Origin: Podarcis gaigeae
Taxonomy: Eukaryota
Length of the DNA: 64,000 nt
Assembly: GCA_964106915.2 (NCBI GenBank)
Contig: OZ066914.1
Reading direction: 5' to 3' (one strand)
Below the pieces are notes generated by a model. That model was not told where the DNA came from, did no database searches, and saw only the letters and a program-made list of their open reading frames with translations. Shown here piece after piece: positions 60,601 to 64,000 of this stretch. The number at the start of each line of letters is the position of its first letter. Position 1 is the stretch's first letter. Position numbers and translations under genes: made by a program.

Positions 60601-63377
60601 GCCAAAAGATTCTCACCTGTCTACTCCACCCAAACAGGCTGCCCTACCTACGTATTTATCAAATCTATATGCAATCCTGTTTAAAGATGTTGCTTGTCTA
60701 GTTCCATACCAGTGTCATACATCCAAAGAGGATTCTTCCTCAGTGTGAAAGCAGAATCCACCATTCCACCAAAGATATAGAGGATACCCTGAAAGTAAAA
60801 TATTGATTTTCTTATAAAACATACTTGTATCTTCCAAAGTCAAATGCAATCAAGTGAATTCATTGTAAATTTCAAATCACAATCTAATCTGCTCTCCAGC
60901 AACAGACATATGGAAGGAGTAATGGTCCCATGCACCATGCTCTACACATACATACCCCGCCAAAAGAAGCTAAAACCATACTCCAGTCCGGCCTGCAATG
61001 AATCCTGAGAAGTGAATGTTGCATGTTTCAATGGAGAGAGGCGCAGAATGGGCTATGCCAACTTTTGTGATTGCAAGCACACTTAAATATTGAACACATA
61101 GAATTAAATCCAAAAGGCTTGCTTACTAAGGCAGATCCCAATAGCCACTTCAGGGGGATAGTACTGTGGTCACAGAACATTTATTACAATATTTGTTGAC
61201 AATGAACCTTTCTGCAAGGTGTTAAAGCCTACAGCCGGAGTGGAGAACCCTTTTCAGCCCGAGGCTACATTCCCTTGTGAGCAACTTTTGGGGACCACAT
61301 GCCAGTGGTGATGAGAGGGCAAAGCCAGTGGGGCAATGGATTTGACAGGAGGGCTACATTCCTGTAATGAAAAATGCCAGGCAAGCAAGAGGCATTATCA
61401 TGGGGAAAAGAAAGACAGGGCACGGAGCAGTGCCAGTGAGGGGAGAGGGCTAAGAGAGCTTAAGTGCCTGATAAAAAAGGTAAGGGGACCCCTGACCATT
61501 AGGTCCAGTCGTGACCAACTCTGGGGTTACGGCGCTCATCTCGCTTTAGTGGCCAGCATGATAAGTAAGTGCCAGATAGAGTGGCCCAAATGTGAGTTTC
61601 CTCATGCTTGGCCTGTAGGAATGACAAAAATATTTTAAATACACTATTGTCGGGGGTATCTATAATGTCTACTGAACAAATAATAATTTCAAGGCACATC
61701 TTTTAAGGGGGCTGTGCAAATTAATTTGTGGGACATATACTTGGGGCTGATTTGAAGTGTTATGTTACCTCCACAGAGGCTGCAGAAACGCATCAGGTGT
61801 AACATTTAAAATGGGTAGTGTCAGCAGTCACAAAGATAACTGACGAACATGACAGATGCTGCACGTACTAAGCTGACACACAAGATAAGATGTTTTTTAA
61901 GTGACTGCTTGCCAGCCAGAGCACCACATAGATGTGCTTTTTGACAGCTTCCACATAGGCCAGCTGTAAGGTTTCTAATATTTAAATCAACACTAGTAGG
62001 TAAAAATAAATTGAATAACGTTACTGAAAGGAATGTCCTCCTACAGCTGACTGGCTGTTTCATTGTCATTCCCTCTCAACGAAACAACCTTGTCACTAAC
62101 AGAGTACAATATGCTAAAAAAAGCCACCTGCAAAAAAACCATGGTACTCTGTTCCTTATTTCACCTAAAAGGAGAACAGCAAACCAAATGCTTGTTCACC
62201 TTATTTCACCTAAAAGGAGAACAGCAAACTATCATCTTACTCCAATAATAACGCTACCCACTCACTAATTTAGTTAAAGAAAAACAACAACCATACATAT
62301 GTTTGCAAGTGTGTGTTTGTTCAATCACACTTTGTATTTATAGGTTTATGTCTCAAAAATGTGATCAGTGAAAGGAGGCCCTCAAAGAACACAGTAGCAG
62401 AACCTCTCTAGGAAATAAGGGTTGTTCCCTCCCCTTCTAGAGTTCTTTCTGCTAACAACAGTTACCTGACCTGTAGGAATACAGGTGTTACACATACCCA
62501 GCAGTTTCTTGGGGGGGGGGGGCTGGATATTTTTGCTGCTGCAGGAAGAAGAGAATAGAGATTCTTACCCTGAAGCAGAAGTCTGAGCCGACCAGGAAAC
62601 TAAACTACACAACAGCACCAGCCACACAGACTATAAAGGGGAAATGACAGGTGGAATCTAGACACATATACAAAACACTGTGAAAATGCTTTTTTAAGAA
62701 GTGTCTTGAAAAATATATTGAATTTGCCATAAGCTCACCATCTAGTGTCACATTTGTATAATGCACTTAAAATACACTTAAAACATTATGTTTGCAACTG
62801 TATAGCTGAGTCCACAGTAGCAAAGAAGAACTAGTTATTGTATTGTACAGGACTAAATCAATTCAAACCATAAAGAAGGCTGATCGCCGAAGAATTGATG
62901 CTTTTGAATTATGGTGCTGGAGGAGATTCTTGAGATTCCCATGGACTGCAAGAAAATCAAACCTATCCATTCTTAAGGAAATCAGCCCTGAGTGCTCACT
63001 GGAAGGACAGATCCTGAAACTGAAGAAACTGAAGCTCCAATACTTTGGCCACCTCATGAGAAGAGAAGACTCCCTGGAAAAGACCCTGATGTTGGGAAAG
63101 ATGGAGGGCACAAGAAGAAGGGGACGACAGAGGGCGAGATGGTTGGACAGTGTTCTCGAAGCTACAAACATGAGTCTGACCAAACTGCGGGAGGCAGTGG
63201 AAGACAGAAGTGCCTGGCGTGCTCTGGTCCATGGGGTCACAAAGAGTCGGACATGACTAAATGACTAAACAACAACAACAAATCAATTCAAACTTGCCTG
63301 ATAATCCACCATTGTGTGCTCCTCCAGTTCTTCAGGGCCATCCTCTGAGTTTTCTAGTCTCTCCCATTCATTATTCT
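53956..63377 (-). CDS. Uncharacterised kelch-repeat (beta-propeller) protein, LZTR1/KLHDC/RABEPK-type repeats, 5'-partial. complement(join(53956..54652,55772..55952,57123..57243,59438..59481,60710..60788,63298..63377))
   Basis: Six phase-compatible exons translate to NNEWERLENSEDGPEELEEHTMVDYQ-GILYIFGG..LWMYDTDSAKW..APVNRKGHSAVVYKGIMYMYGG..EFW..QW..SPGPRHGHSAVVHGNNMYLFGG..DFWKW..NW..GPPKVVGHSALIFEDSMLLFGG..LWKY..MW. This is four complete GH(S/T)-hhFGG-W kelch repeats plus a C-terminal extension. Confidence 0.9.
55067..55300 (-). mobile_element. Squam3-like tRNA SINE with (TTC)n tail
   Basis: A-box GTGGTGTAGTGGTTAAG and B-box GGTTCGATTCC (55245-55255) on the minus strand; (CTT)n tail. Confidence 0.82.
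55772..55952 (-). CDS. Kelch gene exon: (N)KKQWTPAVSYGGSPGPRHGHSAVVHGNNMYLFGGLMGLNEQKDFWKWDFMAANWSSIRT
   Basis: ccttcag|AT...ACA AG|gtaaaa; 181 nt; inside ORF 55768..56073. Confidence 0.92.
57123..57243 (-). CDS. Kelch gene exon: GTAPVNRKGHSAVVYKGIMYMYGGYVDLKGASQEFWTLCL
   Basis: ctgcag|GGA...CTA A|gtaagt; 121 nt; absent from the ORF track. Confidence 0.92.
57400..57630 (+). mobile_element. Tc1/mariner (Tigger-like) MITE
   Basis: Same family as 1303-1528; left TA + TIR, degenerate right TIR. Confidence 0.88.
58405..58424. repeat. (CTG)n microsatellite
   Basis: About 6 CTG units preceded by (CTA)n. Confidence 0.8.
58870..59082 (-). mobile_element. Tc1/mariner (Tigger-like) MITE, reverse orientation
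   Basis: TA-flanked TIRs CAGTGGTACCT; reverse complement of the 1303 family. Confidence 0.88.
59438..59481 (-). CDS. Kelch gene exon: (D)SAKWMLQLTAGESE
   Basis: ctgcag|AT...GAG|gtaaga; 44 nt; supplies the blade-terminal Trp and bridges phase 1 to 0. Confidence 0.82.
60710..60788 (-). CDS. Kelch gene exon: GILYIFGGMVDSAFTLRKNPLWMYDT
   Basis: tttcag|GGT...ACT G|gtatgg; 79 nt; YIFGG motif. Confidence 0.9.
61474..61565 (-). mobile_element. 5'-truncated Sauria SINE nested in an older hAT-like element (about 61240-61615)
   Basis: SINE 3' end; TSD taagtgcctgata / taagtgccagata (61461-61473 / 61566-61578). Confidence 0.75.
62154..62229. repeat. 31-bp direct repeat with 45-bp period
   Basis: CCTTATTTCACCTAAAAGGAGAACAGCAAAC at 62154 and 62199. 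Confidence 0.85.
62869..63279 (+). mobile_element. RTE-BovB LINE, 5'-truncated 3' end
   Basis: ORF IKKADRRRIDAFELWCWRR..LQYFGHLMRR..SLEKTLMLGK..RRRGRQR..WLD is the BovB RT C-terminus; (CAA)n tail; 14-bp TSD AAATCAATTCAAAC (62855-62868 / 63280-63293). Confidence 0.95.
63298..63377 (-). CDS. Kelch gene exon: NNEWERLENSEDGPEELEEHTMVDYQ (GC donor)
   Basis: tttctag|AG AAT...CAG|gcaagt; 80 nt; the W..P..LEEHTMV motif joins in frame to GILYIFGG. Confidence 0.85.
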
Positions 63378-64000
63378 CTAGAAAGTGTTTTGATTAAGAT
63401 TGTCAAGGTGTGAAAGGGACCCATGAAATCACCTAACCTGTCTTTCTCCCAACATGGAGCAGTTATTTATATCAAGCTCTGTTAAAATTCCACAGAGATT
63501 AAGCAAGTAAAACATGGACTGCCATCCTCTGTGATGCATTGAAGTGGATACCTATGGGTTCCTGTGTATTAGAAAACAAGGCAAGAGCTTCAGCTCTATG
63601 GACAACTTTCACAATGGCCAGTCTGCAACGCTGGAAAATACTGGCTCCATCTGCTTGCACTAGTCTCCAACAAGACTTATCTGTTAAAAAGGATGTATGT
63701 TACTGGACAAATGCAGTCTCGGTTTGCATTTTATTGAGTCTCTCTCAAACAGTTGCTGGCCAAGACCAAACACATGGCTGAGGCAGAAAATGCACATCAG
63801 AAATATGGGCTGCCACCAAAACCAGTCACCACTTACCAAGTTTCATCCTTTCCCTCCATAACCATAGTTTAATTTGCTTAGCATGAGAATGCAGTGAGAC
63901 TTCCTGCCCCTCCAGTGGCAGCTGATGTAGGACAGCAGCAAGGAAATGTATATATTTTACTATATGTTATAGAGGCAGTGTGGACTGGACATATAACATT

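Noticed and set aside
62154-62229. 31-bp direct repeats with a spacer as a CRISPR-like array
   Set aside because: Only two copies in a vertebrate intron and no cas genes; a simple local duplication.
62843-63256. 137-aa ORF as a host gene
   Set aside because: It is the C-terminus of a 5'-truncated BovB reverse transcriptase bounded by TSDs; the TTG start lies in flanking DNA.
1-64000. Remaining short ORFs (60-135 aa) in the ORF track
   Set aside because: Intronic, UTR or repeat-derived; many use alternative starts, and they lack domain motifs and splice-consistent structure.

Overview
Vertebrate genomic DNA from a squamate, probably a lacertid lizard (inferred from Sauria SINEs, an RTE-BovB LINE, Squam3-like SINEs, CR1/L2 fragments and hAT/Tc1-mariner MITEs). 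It holds two convergent multi-exon genes. (1) EPB41L5 (FERM-domain band 4.1-like 5) on the + strand: 23 coding exons from 4163 to the stop at 47836, all GT-AG and phase-consistent, giving 671 aa in the window; the first coding exon lies upstream of the window. There is also an alternative terminal exon at 28910-29096 for the short isoform. Both isoforms end in a class I PDZ-binding motif (..TTEL and ..VTDL). (2) A kelch-repeat gene on the - strand that I cannot name: 6 exons in the window (63377 down to the stop at 53956, about 400 aa), with its 5' end outside the window. It uses a GC-AG intron whose donor overlaps the target-site duplication of a BovB insertion, and its last kelch blade appears split by a ~140-aa Ser/acidic insert. 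The introns carry many transposon copies, several with intact TSDs and nesting that orders the insertions. Most ORFs in the six-frame track are spurious. No CRISPR array, rRNA or true tRNA gene was seen. All coordinates were read by hand and no database search was possible; comparisons with human proteins are from memory.
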